DNA of 64,000 nt from Clostridiales bacterium. GTDB taxonomy: Bacteria; Bacillota; Clostridia; Christensenellales; Borkfalkiaceae. Below, one piece after another: positions 9,471-19,936 of the stretch; the first letter of the stretch is position 1; the number at the start of each line of letters is the position of its first letter. A program made the position numbers and the translations under genes. Below the pieces are notes generated by a model, which saw nothing but the letters and a program-made list of their open reading frames with translations, was not told the origin of the DNA and searched no databases. The DNA is taken from positions 10,985 through 74,984 of the forward strand of contig SVHY01000004.1 in the NCBI GenBank assembly GCA_015055545.1. The letters are read 5' to 3'.

Positions 9471-10598
9471 ATGGCAGGAATTTACGTTCACATACCTTTT
9501 TGCAGACACAAATGCTCCTATTGCGATTTTACTTCCTTCCCCGATAAAGTGGAATATGCGGAAGCGTATATGGCGTGCGTTTACCGCGAGATGAAAATGC
9601 GCGGAGAAGAACTCAAGGATTACACGTTCGATACGGTGTATTTCGGCGGCGGCACGCCGTCGTATATTCCGCCCAAGCTTATTTTGGGCGCGATGAACAG
9701 AATTCGCGAATGTTTCAACCTTACCAAGGACGCGGAAATTACGCTTGAACTCAACCCCGGCACGATTGCGGAAGGGAAAGTAAAAACCTATTTACAAGCG
9801 GGCATTAACCGTTTTTCCATCGGTTTGCAAACGGCAATCGACGAACAGCTCGCCGATTTGGGGCGTATCCACAACGCGCGCGATTACGTGTATGCAACCA
9901 AGCTTTTGAGGGGTCAAAATTTCAGCACGGATATCATGTTGGGGCTTAAAAACCAAACGAAAGCGGATATCCAAAAAACGGTGGAACTTGCTACCGCGTG
10001 CGGTTCGAGCCATATTTCCATGTACGCGCTCACCGTCGAAGACGGAACGCCTATTTACACCGATTATTTAAACGGCGAGCTGCCCGATAGCGACGAAGTG
10101 GCGGATATGTACGAATACGGTAGAAAGCTTTTGGAAGAAAAGGGCTATAAGCGCTATGAAATTTCAAATTTTGCCAAGGACGGGTTTGAAAGTAAACATA
10201 ACTTAAATTACTGGAAACGTGGCGAATATATCGGGTTCGGCGTGTCCGCAAGCTCGTTTATGCGCGGCAAACGTTTTACGAACACGTTCGATTTAGACGA
10301 ATATATGAAATGCGTAATTTCTGGATTTTATCCCGCGGTAACGAGCGAAGAAGTGAACGAAAACGACGCGAAATTCGAGTTTGTCATGCTGGCGCTTAGA
10401 ACGAGCAAGGGTTTGAGTTTGACCGAGTACGAACGGACGTTTAACAAAAAACTCGCCGAAGACTTCCCCGTTGCGCTGAAAAAATCCGTGCAGTATTTAC
10501 AGCTCGACGGCGATAATTTGAAAATCAAAGACGAGTATTTGTACGTACAAAACTCTATTTTAATGTCGTTCATGGAAGAAGAGAGAGATAACGCATGA
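9471..10598 (+). CDS. hemW: Radical SAM heme chaperone HemW (HemN-like, oxygen-independent coproporphyrinogen oxidase family)
   Basis: Radical SAM motif IPFCRHKCSYCDF. The lepA-hemW order is conserved. Confidence 0.9.
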   Translation: MAGIYVHIPFCRHKCSYCDFTSFPDKVEYAEAYMACVYREMKMRGEELKDYTFDTVYFGGGTPSYIPPKLILGAMNRIRECFNLTKDAEITLELNPGTIAEGKVKTYLQAGINRFSIGLQTAIDEQLADLGRIHNARDYVYATKLLRGQNFSTDIMLGLKNQTKADIQKTVELATACGSSHISMYALTVEDGTPIYTDYLNGELPDSDEVADMYEYGRKLLEEKGYKRYEISNFAKDGFESKHNLNYWKRGEYIGFGVSASSFMRGKRFTNTFDLDEYMKCVISGFYPAVTSEEVNENDAKFEFVMLALRTSKGLSLTEYERTFNKKLAEDFPVALKKSVQYLQLDGDNLKIKDEYLYVQNSILMSFMEEERDNA

Positions 10599-11329
10599 GA
10601 ATTTTGATTGTTCGTCACGGCGATCCCGATTACGCAAACGACTGTTTGACGGAAAAGGGAAAGCGTGAAGCTGCGCTTTTGGCGGAAAAATTGAAAAAAG
10701 AAAAAATTGATTATATCTATTCCTCGCCACTTGGCAGAGCCAAGGAAACGTGCGAAACGTACGCGCGCGTAGTGGGTAGAGAAAAGGAAATTGTCGTAAA
10801 AGATTGGTTGCGCGAGTTTAACCACCTCACCACCTTTCCAAGCGGCAGAACAAACAACGTGCCTTGGGATATGCTTCCCGAAGATTGGGCGAACGAACCC
10901 GTTTTATACCGCCACGACGAATGGTTTGATCACCCCTGTTATGAAGGCTCGGGCTTGAAAGAAAAGTATTTGGGCGTAATAAGGGATTTGGATGCGCTTA
11001 TTACAAACCACGGCTATACGCGCGATAACAATATCTACCGCGTAGAAGGTCGTAATCGCGACACGGTTGCTATATTTTGTCATTTCGGCTTGGAATGTGT
11101 GCTGCTTTCACGGCTTTGCAATATCTCGCCCGTGATGCTTTGGCATCATTTCGTCGCGCCGACCACGTCCGTAACCACTTTATATACGGAAGAACGTCGT
11201 GAGGGAAAAGCGGTGTTCCGTTGCGCGGGTTTTGGCGATGTCGGGCATTTATACATAGGCGACGAGCCGCCGTCTTTTTCCGCGCGCTTTTGCGAAACGT
11301 TCGATTGCGAAACGGAGCGCCATGATTAA
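10595..11329 (+). CDS. Histidine phosphatase family protein (phosphoglycerate mutase-like)
   Basis: N-terminal RHG motif (ILIVRHGDPDY) and a later SSPLGRAKET. ATGA overlap with the hemW stop. Confidence 0.8.
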   Translation: MRILIVRHGDPDYANDCLTEKGKREAALLAEKLKKEKIDYIYSSPLGRAKETCETYARVVGREKEIVVKDWLREFNHLTTFPSGRTNNVPWDMLPEDWANEPVLYRHDEWFDHPCYEGSGLKEKYLGVIRDLDALITNHGYTRDNNIYRVEGRNRDTVAIFCHFGLECVLLSRLCNISPVMLWHHFVAPTTSVTTLYTEERREGKAVFRCAGFGDVGHLYIGDEPPSFSARFCETFDCETERHD

Positions 11330-11341
11330 AAGGAGTGCCAT

Positions 11342-11857
11342 ATGAAGAATATCGTTTTGGTCGGTATGCCCGGGTCGGGTAAAAGTACGCTGGGTATCGT
11401 CCTTTCTAAAAGTATTCATTACGGGTATATCGACAGCGACAGCGTTATCGTCGCTATGCGTGGTAAGCGTTTGCCTGAACTGATTGAAGAGCTTGGCAAC
11501 GACGGGTTTTTAGACGTTGAGGCGCAAGTAAACGGTATGATTTGCGCCGACCGCTGTGTGATTTCCACGGGCGGCAGCGCGATTTACCGCCCCGACGCGA
11601 TACGCAAAATGAAAGAACGCGGCGGCGTGGTGGTGTATTTGAAAATTCCGTACGAAGAAGTCGAACGTCGTTTAGGCGATTTAAAAAAACGCGGCGTAGT
11701 ATTAAAAAAGGGGTATACGCTCCGCGATTTATACGACGAACGCGCGCCGTTATATGAAGCGATTGCCGATTACACGGTAGAGCTTGATAATTCGTCCGTG
11801 GAAGAGAACGCGGAAAAAATTCGGAGAACGATAGTATGCGAGATATCCGAGAATTAA
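11342..11857 (+). CDS. aroK: Shikimate kinase
   Basis: P-loop IVLVGMPGSGKSTLG, followed by D-S-D and GGS motifs. At 171 aa it has the typical size. Confidence 0.85.
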   Translation: MKNIVLVGMPGSGKSTLGIVLSKSIHYGYIDSDSVIVAMRGKRLPELIEELGNDGFLDVEAQVNGMICADRCVISTGGSAIYRPDAIRKMKERGGVVVYLKIPYEEVERRLGDLKKRGVVLKKGYTLRDLYDERAPLYEAIADYTVELDNSSVEENAEKIRRTIVCEISEN

Positions 11858-12885
11858 AAATAGCCGTGTACGGTGCGGGCGCAATGGGTACGGTTTTGGG
11901 CGCGTTGCTTGTCAAAGGCGGGCTTGAAAACGTGCAACTGATTACGCGCAACCAAGCCCACGCGGACGGTTTAAACAAAAATGGCGCAACCGTCGTTTGC
12001 GTGGCGGACGATACGGAGTTTAACGTTCCCGTAACCGCGCTTACCCCTGCGCAAATGCAGGGCAAATACGACGTAGTGTTCTTAATGACCAAGCAACGTC
12101 AGAACAAAGACATTTTACAATTTTTATTGTCTTTCTTGTCCGACGATAGCGTGGTTTGCACGACGCAGAACGGTTTACCTGAACCAACGGTGGCGGAAAT
12201 CGTTGGCGAAAATCGCACGTACGGCGGCGTAGCGTCGTTCGGGGCGACCATGTACGGTGGGGGCAGGGTTGCGTTGACGTCCAAAACGGCGGCGGCAAGT
12301 ATGCAAATAGCAGGCTATGCCACTAATGCAAAAACTCCGCTGATTCTTGAAGTGTTGTCGTATGCGGCAAAGGCGACGGGTAATGAGAATTTTGCCCAAA
12401 GAGCAGAGAATTTGTCGGGCGCAAGGTGGAGCAAGCTTGCCATCAACGCGGCGTTTTCAGGACTGTCGGTTGTAACGGGGCTTTCGTTCGGCGAAATTGC
12501 AAAGGGTAGAAAATCCCGTAAAATTGCGCTCGGGATTTTGCGCGAATGTATGGACGTTGCGGCTGCGCAAGGCGTGGTTTTAGAGAAAATGCAAGGCCAC
12601 GATATGCAAAAAATGCTTGGGAAACGCGGTTTCTTTGCAACGCGGTTGGCTTTGTTTGTTTTGCCGATAGCCATGAAAAAACACAAGAAATTGTATTCGG
12701 GTATGCTCAAAGATTTACAAAACGGCAAGAAATGCGAAATTGATTTTATAAACGGCGTAGTGGTGGAGAACGGTAGGGAAGCGGGCGTTTTTACACCGCT
12801 CAATGAAAGGGTGGTACGGCTCGTCCACGATGCGGAAAACGGACTGTGTGAAATCACGCCCGAAAATTTGGATTTTTTTGAATAA
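11836..12885 (+). CDS. 2-dehydropantoate 2-reductase (ApbA/PanE) family oxidoreductase
   Basis: Rossmann motif KIAVYGAGAMGTVLG and an ApbA_C-like C-terminal half. It overlaps the aroK end by 22 nt. Confidence 0.72.
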   Translation: MRDIRELKIAVYGAGAMGTVLGALLVKGGLENVQLITRNQAHADGLNKNGATVVCVADDTEFNVPVTALTPAQMQGKYDVVFLMTKQRQNKDILQFLLSFLSDDSVVCTTQNGLPEPTVAEIVGENRTYGGVASFGATMYGGGRVALTSKTAAASMQIAGYATNAKTPLILEVLSYAAKATGNENFAQRAENLSGARWSKLAINAAFSGLSVVTGLSFGEIAKGRKSRKIALGILRECMDVAAAQGVVLEKMQGHDMQKMLGKRGFFATRLALFVLPIAMKKHKKLYSGMLKDLQNGKKCEIDFINGVVVENGREAGVFTPLNERVVRLVHDAENGLCEITPENLDFFE

Positions 12886-12909
12886 AAGAGAGAAAGGAAG
12901 TATACATGT

Positions 12910-14550
12910 ATGGATTTAAACAAATTAGCGGATAGACTTATCCCCGACGAAAACGTTAAAGAACTGGATTATTACGAAACGAAATATCCCTTGCGCGATT
13001 TGGAAAAGGGCGCGCAAGTAACCCGTCTTGCACCTAGCCCCACGGGCTTTATGCATATCGGGAATTTATACGTTGCGCTTGCCAACGAACGGATTGCGCA
13101 CCAAAGCGGCGGCGTGTTTTTCTTGCGTATTGAAGATACGGACGAAAAACGTAAGGTGGAGGGCGCAGTAGAAGTTATTCATCAATCGCTGAAATATTTC
13201 GGTGTTCGCTTTGACGAGGGCGCGGACCTTTGCGGCGATTACGGACCGTATTATCAACGCCAACGCGCGGAGATTTATCACGCGTATGCGAAAGATTTGA
13301 TTAAACGCGGTTTGGCGTATCCCTGTTTTTGTACGGAAGAAGATTTGGAAAATACGCGTAATTATCAAACGGAGAACAAGCTGTTGCCCGGGTATTACGG
13401 CGAGTTTGCAAAATGCCGTCATTTGACGGAAGAAGAAATTTATGCGAATTTAGACGCGGGCAAACCGTACGTTATCCGCTTGAAATCGCAAGGCGACGTG
13501 GACGTAAAGCATACCTTCCACGACGAAGTGAAAGGGGATATCACGGTTACGGAAAATAACCAAGACGTCGTTATTTTGAAATCGGATGGGATTCCTACCT
13601 ACCATTTCGCGCATGCGATTGACGACCATTTCATGCGTACGACGCTTGTTATTCGCGGCGAAGAATGGCTTTCTTCTTTACCTATCCATATCGAACTTTT
13701 CAAAGTGCTTGGGTTCAGACTTCCCAAGTACGGGCACAACTGTTCCATTCAAAAAATCGACGGTGAAACGCGCAGAAAGCTTTCTAAGCGTAAAGACCCC
13801 GAAGCGTCGCTCAATTATTATCGCGAACAAGGTTATCACCCGACGGCGGTGCGTACGTATATGCTCACACTCTTGAATTCTAACTTTGAAGAATGGCTTT
13901 TGAAATTCCCCGATAAGGATTTGGACGAATTTAAGTATTCCATAGGCAAAATGGGCAAGAGCGGCGCGCTGTTCGATATCGTCAAACTCAACGATATTTC
14001 CAAAACGTATATGGCAAAGCTTTCCGAAACGGAAACGTACGAATTTTTCAAAGCTTGGGCGGACGAGTTCGGTACGGACGAACAAAAAGGCTATTTTGCG
14101 GATAAAGAATATATGTTGAAAGTGCTTGCGCTTTGCATGGGCGTAGGTGGTAAGAAACGCAGAAAAGACTTTGTTTGCGCAAAGCAAGCGGTGGAAATGA
14201 TAAGCTATTTCTTCGACGAAAGCTTTACGCCGAATTACGAGTACCGTTTCGATAAACAAACGGTGAGCAAAGTTTTGCAAGGTTTTAAGAATATTTACGA
14301 TTACGCAGACGATTGTTCGGCTTGGTTTGAAAAGGTAAAAACGGTAGCGGCGGACAACGGTTTTGCAACGGATATGAAAGCGTATAAAGCCGATCCCACG
14401 GCATATCCCGGCAACGTTTCGGACGTAGCTGAAATGCTCAGAATTGCAACGACGGGGCTTTCCAACACGCCAGATTTATGGACGATTATGCAAATTTTGG
14501 GCAAAGAAAAAACGCTTTCTCGCTTGGAAAAAGCAATCAACGCGTTATAA
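12910..14550 (+). CDS. gltX: Glutamate--tRNA ligase (long form)
   Basis: Class I HIGH-type motif PSPTGFMHIGN and KMSKS-type KLSKRK. RIEDTD is typical of GltX. Confidence 0.88.
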   Translation: MDLNKLADRLIPDENVKELDYYETKYPLRDLEKGAQVTRLAPSPTGFMHIGNLYVALANERIAHQSGGVFFLRIEDTDEKRKVEGAVEVIHQSLKYFGVRFDEGADLCGDYGPYYQRQRAEIYHAYAKDLIKRGLAYPCFCTEEDLENTRNYQTENKLLPGYYGEFAKCRHLTEEEIYANLDAGKPYVIRLKSQGDVDVKHTFHDEVKGDITVTENNQDVVILKSDGIPTYHFAHAIDDHFMRTTLVIRGEEWLSSLPIHIELFKVLGFRLPKYGHNCSIQKIDGETRRKLSKRKDPEASLNYYREQGYHPTAVRTYMLTLLNSNFEEWLLKFPDKDLDEFKYSIGKMGKSGALFDIVKLNDISKTYMAKLSETETYEFFKAWADEFGTDEQKGYFADKEYMLKVLALCMGVGGKKRRKDFVCAKQAVEMISYFFDESFTPNYEYRFDKQTVSKVLQGFKNIYDYADDCSAWFEKVKTVAADNGFATDMKAYKADPTAYPGNVSDVAEMLRIATTGLSNTPDLWTIMQILGKEKTLSRLEKAINAL

Positions 14551-14562
14551 AAAACAGAACAA

Positions 14563-14599
14563 AAAAGCAACCGATTTCGTTAAGAAGTCGGTTGCTTTT
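14563..14599. terminator. Bidirectional terminator between convergent gltX and dapB
   Basis: AAAAGCAACCGA, a 13-nt loop, then TCGGTTGCTTTT. A and T runs lie on both sides. Confidence 0.75.
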
Positions 14600-14613
14600 A
14601 CGTTGCATTAATT

Positions 14614-15375
14614 TTACATTTCTTGTGCAAGCAAATCTTTCATGTCGTATTTGCCTGCGGGTTTATCGCAAAGGAATTTCGCCGCGCGAATCGCGCCGAC
14701 CGCGAATACACGTTTGCTTCTTGCGCTGTGCGAAATGGTAATGATTTCGTCTTCGCCTGCAAACATTACTTCGTGTTCGCCTACGATCGTGCCGCCACGT
14801 ACGGCGTGTATGCCGATTTCGCTCTTTTGTCGTGCTCCGACGATACCGCTGCGCCCGTTGATAAATTCCTTTTGGTTATCAAACGCTTCGTTTACCGTTT
14901 CGGCAAGCATAAGAGCCGTACCGCTCGGCGCGTCCTTTTTCAAATTGTGGTGGCGTTCGATGATCTCCACGTCGAAGTTATCGCCCAAAATTTGTGCCGC
15001 TGCTTTGCAAAGGGCTTGCAAAACGTTAATGCCAAGAGATAAATTGCCCGTTTTGAAAATGGCTACGTCTTTTGCGTATTCGTCGATAATTTGCAAGTCT
15101 TCCGCGGTGAAACCCGTACTTGCAAGCACGATTTTTAAGTTGTTCTTCTTCGCGTATTCCAAGCGTTCGCGTACGTTTTCCGCCGACGAAAAGTCGATGA
15201 TAACGTCTGCTTGTTCTTGGATATCGTAAAAGCTCTTATATACGGGTATGCCGATTTCGCGGGGGAACAAATCCACGCCGCAAACGGCGGTTGCTTGCGT
15301 ATCGTTTGCAAGCAAAGAGAGTACGTTGCCGCCCATTTTACCGCAAGCGCCGCAAAGGATAATTCTTACGCTCAT
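14614..15375 (-). CDS. dapB: 4-hydroxy-tetrahydrodipicolinate reductase
   Basis: N-terminal RIILCGACGKMGG Rossmann motif and the ERHHNLKKDAPSGTA signature. Confidence 0.93.
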   Translation of the reverse strand: MSVRIILCGACGKMGGNVLSLLANDTQATAVCGVDLFPREIGIPVYKSFYDIQEQADVIIDFSSAENVRERLEYAKKNNLKIVLASTGFTAEDLQIIDEYAKDVAIFKTGNLSLGINVLQALCKAAAQILGDNFDVEIIERHHNLKKDAPSGTALMLAETVNEAFDNQKEFINGRSGIVGARQKSEIGIHAVRGGTIVGEHEVMFAGEDEIITISHSARSKRVFAVGAIRAAKFLCDKPAGKYDMKDLLAQEM

Positions 15376-16262
15376 GCTTTTATCTCCAAACCGTAATTTT
15401 GCATAGCCGCTACGAGTTTTTCCTTGTTAGCGGGTTCGATTTCCGTCAACGGCGCGCGGGGCGTACCTGCATTGAAACCGCAAAGGTTCATCGCCGCTTT
15501 TACGGGGATAGGGTTGACTTCCACGAAACATGCGTTGGCAAGGGGAAGAAGTTTGTCGTTCAGAGCAATCGCGTCCGCGGTTTTGCCTGCGAATACAAGT
15601 TCGCACAGCTTTTTCACGTCGGCGGGAACGATATTCGATAAAACGGAAATAACGCCTGCGCCGCCGCAAAGCAAAATGGGCAAGTTCAAAGCGTCTTCAC
15701 CCGAATATACGTCGCACTTTTCGCGAACTAAACGGAACGTTTCCATGGTCTTGCTCATATTCCCGCCCGCGTCTTTAATACCGGCGATATTGGGAATTTC
15801 CGCGATTTTCGCCATAGTAGCGGGTTGGATTTCGACGCCCGTGCGCCCGGGTACGTTGTATGCGATAACGGGGATATTTACCGCGTCGCAAATAGCCTTA
15901 TAATACGCGACCAAACCGTTTTGCGTACATTTGTTGTAATAGGGGGTAACGGCGAGCAATCCGTCCGCGCCGTACGATTCCGCTTTTTTCGCCGTCATAA
16001 CGGCATCGGCGGTGTTGTTGCTGCCACAACCGAAAATAACTTTCGCTCTGCCAGCTACTTTTTTTACTGCGTAGTCCATTAAAACGTGTTCTTCTTCAAA
16101 GGACATCGTGGACGGTTCGCCCGTCGTGCCCAAGAATACGATAGCGTCCGTGCCGCCTGCGATTTGATGTTCGACAAGTTCGCCTAAAACCTGATAATTT
16201 ACGCCGTTTTCGTCAAACGGGGTAATCAGCGCCGTAGCGCTCCCCTTAAAAAATCCTTTCAT
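15372..16262 (-). CDS. dapA: 4-hydroxy-tetrahydrodipicolinate synthase
   Basis: GSATALITPF, GTTGE, YNVPGRT and IAGIKDA motifs. 4-nt overlap with dapB. Confidence 0.95.
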   Translation of the reverse strand: MKGFFKGSATALITPFDENGVNYQVLGELVEHQIAGGTDAIVFLGTTGEPSTMSFEEEHVLMDYAVKKVAGRAKVIFGCGSNNTADAVMTAKKAESYGADGLLAVTPYYNKCTQNGLVAYYKAICDAVNIPVIAYNVPGRTGVEIQPATMAKIAEIPNIAGIKDAGGNMSKTMETFRLVREKCDVYSGEDALNLPILLCGGAGVISVLSNIVPADVKKLCELVFAGKTADAIALNDKLLPLANACFVEVNPIPVKAAMNLCGFNAGTPRAPLTEIEPANKEKLVAAMQNYGLEIKA

Positions 16263-16313
16263 AATATTAACTTATGCTCCTTTCCGTTTTTTGCGTGCGT
16301 AGAAACGGATTTT

Positions 16314-17393
16314 TTAGTCCATATAACCTTTTGCAGCCAAGAGTTCGGCAAGCAATACCGCGCCACCCGCCGCGCCGCGCAAGGTGTTGTGGGAAAGACC
16401 TACGAATTTGTAATCGAATAATACGTCTTCGCGCAGTCTGCCTACCGTCACGCTCATGCCGTTGCCTTCCATTCTGTCGAGCTTAGCTTGCGGGCGGTTG
16501 TCTTCTTCAAAATAACGGATAAACTGCGCGGGTGCGGAGGGCAGGTTCAATTCCTGCGGTACGCCTGCAAAGTTCGCCCAAGCCGTTAAAATTTCTTCTT
16601 TCGTCGGCTTTTTATCAAAGCTTACGAACACCGCCGCGGTATGCCCGTCGGAAACGGGTACGCGCAAGCATTGTGCAGTGATAACGGGAGCGGTTGCGCA
16701 AACGATTTCGCCGTTTTCCACGTTGCCCCAAATTTTGAGCGGTTCTTTTTCGCTCTTTTCTTCTTCGCCGCCGATATAGGGGATTACGTTATCCAAAATT
16801 TCGGGCATCGTCGTAAACGTCTTGCCTGCGCCCGAAATAGCTTGATAGGTACAAACTGCCGCTTGCTTAATTCCAAACGCTTTCAAGGGATGCAAAAGGG
16901 GTACGTACGATTGCAGCGAGCAGTTGGATTTTACCGCGATAAAACCGCGTTTCGTGCCAAGACGAGCCTTTTGCGATGCGATAACGTCCAAGTGCTGGGG
17001 ATTGATTTCAGGGATAATCATGGGCACGTCCGCTGTGAAACGGTGCGCCGAGTTGTTGGAAACGACGGGGATTTCCTTTTTCGCATACGCTTCTTCCAAC
17101 ACACAGATCTCTTCTTTCTTCATATTTACCGCACAGAACACGAAATCGACTTTTTTTGCAATTTCGTCGATATCTGCTTCCGCGTCCATAACGACCATGT
17201 TGCGGTATTTTTCGGGCATAGCGCAATCGAACGCCCATTTATTACCTACGGCTTCTTGATAGGTTTTTCCTGCGCTACGCGCCGACGCCGCCAACACGAC
17301 GACGTTGAACCAAGGGTGGTTTTCAAGCAAGAGCATAAATCTTTGTCCGACCATGCCCGTAGCGCCGATAACGCCAACGTTGTACTGTTTCAT
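16314..17393 (-). CDS. asd: Aspartate-semialdehyde dehydrogenase
   Basis: The internal ATG at 17393 follows SD AAGGAGAA and gives [19 protein letters not shown]. An active-site NCSLQ-type segment is present. The upstream part of the tracked ORF is the riboswitch leader. Confidence 0.93.
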   Translation of the reverse strand: MKQYNVGVIGATGMVGQRFMLLLENHPWFNVVVLAASARSAGKTYQEAVGNKWAFDCAMPEKYRNMVVMDAEADIDEIAKKVDFVFCAVNMKKEEICVLEEAYAKKEIPVVSNNSAHRFTADVPMIIPEINPQHLDVIASQKARLGTKRGFIAVKSNCSLQSYVPLLHPLKAFGIKQAAVCTYQAISGAGKTFTTMPEILDNVIPYIGGEEEKSEKEPLKIWGNVENGEIVCATAPVITAQCLRVPVSDGHTAAVFVSFDKKPTKEEILTAWANFAGVPQELNLPSAPAQFIRYFEEDNRPQAKLDRMEGNGMSVTVGRLREDVLFDYKFVGLSHNTLRGAAGGAVLLAELLAAKGYMD

Positions 17394-17423
17394 AAATATA
17401 TTCTCCTTAAAAATGAATTGCGA

Positions 17424-17668
17424 AATGAAAAAGACGGGATACACCCGTCGGAAAAGCGTTTTACAAGCCGCGTAAAGTTTGCGGTATAACGTAAATAGCT
17501 CTTCACGAAAGGTGACAGTCATACGGGTATTCTCCCGTATGCCCAGCGCGGCGCGGACAAACGCAACGCTTCGGCGGAGATACCCTTTCCCGATACCGTA
17601 ATTTTTGCTCCGATAGTCCTTTTCGGCATAACGATAGGGGTACTTTTGTTCGTCCGCTCCTCTATTTA
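17424..17668 (-). promoter_or_regulatory. Lysine riboswitch (L-box) with terminator expression platform, upstream of asd-dapA-dapB
   Basis: The minus strand reads ATAGAGGAGCG...AAGTA...CGGAG...GGGAAAGGGTATCTCCGCCGAAG...CTGGGC...GACTGTCAC. These blocks match the conserved L-box blocks of B. subtilis lysC (AGAGGTGCG, GAGTA, GAAAGGGGAGCGTCGCCGAAG, GGCTGTCA). The terminator GACGGG-TGTAT-CCCGTC plus TTTTT follows at 17428-17450. Confidence 0.85.
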
Positions 17669-17878
17669 ACAAATTTATTTTAGCACATTATACGGCAAAA
17701 GTCAAAGAAAAAACGGAAGATTTTTAAGAACTTCTAAATTTTATTTGATTTTTTTCTTGAAAACCCTTGAAATAATCTTAAATTTGTAGTAAAATAGAAT
17801 GGTAGCGTTTAAACGTTTGGAAAAAGTGGTATATATTACCGAGCGTTTTTTTCGCGAATGATTTTATCGGAGTAAGCT

Positions 17879-19174
17879 ATGGCACAACAAAAGAAAGGGC
17901 TGATTACCCGCCTTCTCGAAGGCAAGGAAAAAAGTGAAGAATATGCAAGGAGTACGTTGCCGACCAACCGTTGGGCACTCTTTTGGGATATTTTTAAAGG
18001 CAACTTCGGGAAGATTGTCAAAGTTAATTTGTTGACGATTCTCTTCTTTATTCCCATTATCGCGATTATCGTTATTTATAACATGTTGGTGGATGCGCAA
18101 GGCGTAACCTATCCCTTCTCGGCAAACTTAGGTATCGGTTATCCTGCCGTACCCGCACAGCAAGGGCTTGCGGAAATGATAACGCTCCAAAACAATTTTA
18201 TCTTGTTTATCGGGCTTGCGCTCTCGTCGGTGATTGCGGCTGTGGGGCTTTCGGGCGGTATGTACGTTATCAGGAACATGGTCTGGACGGAAGGTATTTT
18301 CGTTTCCAACGACTTTTGGCGCGGGATTAAACTCAATTATAAAAACGCGTTGCAAGCGGCTTTGTTCTTCTGCACGTTTTTACTTTTAAGCGGTTCGCTT
18401 ATCAGCTTTGCGGATTTCTCGCTTGCCGTAGGCGAAATGAGTAAATGGCAAAAGATATTTTTGACCGTTTCCAAGGTCATGAGCTACTTGCTCGTATTCT
18501 TGGCTGGGTTTATGACGTTTTGGATGATTTCCTTGGGCGTAAACTATAAAATGAAATTCTTTACGCTTGTGCGGAATTCGTTCTTGATGACGATAGGCAC
18601 GCTTCCGCAAACGATTTTCTTCATCGCGATGGCGTTGTTGCCGTTTGCGTTGTTGCTCATTCCCAGCACGTTCTTCTTGGTGCTTGCGATTTTCGTCGTG
18701 TTGCTGTTTGCGCTTTCTTGGGCGCTCTTGGTATGGATCGATTTCTCGCAATGGGTGTTCGATAAATATATCAACCCGAAAATCCAAGGCGCGAAAGTGG
18801 GTAGGGGTATTTATAATAAAGACGGATCTTCTGCGCTCACGGGCGACGACAGCGCGGCGGCGGTGGAATACCAACGCACGATTTTGTCCTACGGTCGATC
18901 CCGTTTGGTTGCAAGACCGATTAAACCGATCGACGATTCGTTGCAGGTTTACGAATTGCCCACTTCCTTCTCGCGTGAGGACTTGAAACGCTTGCGTGAA
19001 AGTAAACAAAACATTATCGAAGACACGGAAGCGTATGCCGAAGAGCATAAGAACGATTTGCGCTACGTGGAATACAACAAGACGTTTGACGAACGCGAAA
19101 AAGCGCTCCAAGACGAAGTGGATAAAAACGGTAAAAAGAAAAAGAGAAAACCGCCGAAATTGCTTGGCGAGTAA
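17879..19174 (+). CDS. Hypothetical polytopic membrane protein (N-terminal part possibly DUF624/YesL-like) with a charged C-terminal cytoplasmic tail
   Basis: SD GGAG lies upstream. There are about 6 hydrophobic helices and a Lys-rich C-terminus (KNGKKKKRKPPK). The family assignment is tentative. Confidence 0.6.
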   Translation: MAQQKKGLITRLLEGKEKSEEYARSTLPTNRWALFWDIFKGNFGKIVKVNLLTILFFIPIIAIIVIYNMLVDAQGVTYPFSANLGIGYPAVPAQQGLAEMITLQNNFILFIGLALSSVIAAVGLSGGMYVIRNMVWTEGIFVSNDFWRGIKLNYKNALQAALFFCTFLLLSGSLISFADFSLAVGEMSKWQKIFLTVSKVMSYLLVFLAGFMTFWMISLGVNYKMKFFTLVRNSFLMTIGTLPQTIFFIAMALLPFALLLIPSTFFLVLAIFVVLLFALSWALLVWIDFSQWVFDKYINPKIQGAKVGRGIYNKDGSSALTGDDSAAAVEYQRTILSYGRSRLVARPIKPIDDSLQVYELPTSFSREDLKRLRESKQNIIEDTEAYAEEHKNDLRYVEYNKTFDEREKALQDEVDKNGKKKKRKPPKLLGE

Positions 19175-19183
19175 GACGGACGG

Positions 19184-19936
19184 GTGTTGGAGATGGAACG
19201 GAATACGGCGTATGCCCATCTTGCTAAATGGTTCGAATATCTCAACGACGACTGCGACTATGAAAACTGGTCGCAGTATTTAATTTTGAAACTTTCCGCC
19301 TTTCCGCTTGCGACGGGACTGGATATCGGTTGTGGCGGCGGTTGGTTCACGCGCGCGTTCCAAAAACACGGCTATCAAATGACGGGTATGGATATTTCCC
19401 CCGAAATGCTCGATTTCGCGCAAGAACAGGCGTTTAAAACGGGCGTTCGCAGCGAGTATATCTTGGGCGATATTTCCGCAAGGAAATTACCCAAACGTTT
19501 CGATTTTGCAACCGCCGTTAACGATTGCGTGAACTATATTCCCAAAGACAAGTTAAACATCGCGTTTAAAAACGTTGCGGCGGCGCTTAAAAAGGGCGGC
19601 GTGTTTTTGTTCGATATCAGTTCTAAACGCAAATTTGAAGAAAAGATTGCAAATACTGTCAGCGCGGACGATCGGGAGGATATAACCTATCTTGCGTTCA
19701 ATCGCGTGGACGGGGATAAAGCCGTTTTGGACGTTACGCTGTTTGTTAAGCGCGCGGACGGCGCGTTTGAACGGTTGGACGAAACGCATATACAATATAT
19801 ATATACGCGCGAAGAAATCGAAACCGCACTCAAAAATAACGGCTTTTCCGTGGTTAGAGTAGAAGGGCATTTGGGTACGGACGCGGAAACGAGCGATCGG
19901 ATTTGCTTTTTGGCGCGAAAGGAGAACGTGAGATGA
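19184..19936 (+). CDS. Class I SAM-dependent methyltransferase
   Basis: Motif I LDIGCGGGWFT and post-I/II spacing typical of the Methyltransf_11/25 fold. The start is ambiguous among GTG 19184, TTG 19187 and ATG 19193. Confidence 0.8.
   Translation: MLEMERNTAYAHLAKWFEYLNDDCDYENWSQYLILKLSAFPLATGLDIGCGGGWFTRAFQKHGYQMTGMDISPEMLDFAQEQAFKTGVRSEYILGDISARKLPKRFDFATAVNDCVNYIPKDKLNIAFKNVAAALKKGGVFLFDISSKRKFEEKIANTVSADDREDITYLAFNRVDGDKAVLDVTLFVKRADGAFERLDETHIQYIYTREEIETALKNNGFSVVRVEGHLGTDAETSDRICFLARKENVR

Noticed and set aside
17394-17672. N-terminal 93 codons of the 452-aa ORF tracked at 16314..17672 (minus strand)
   Set aside because: The stretch contains the L-box riboswitch blocks, a terminator, and an SD directly before the internal ATG that gives the canonical Asd N-terminus. 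It is leader RNA, not coding sequence.
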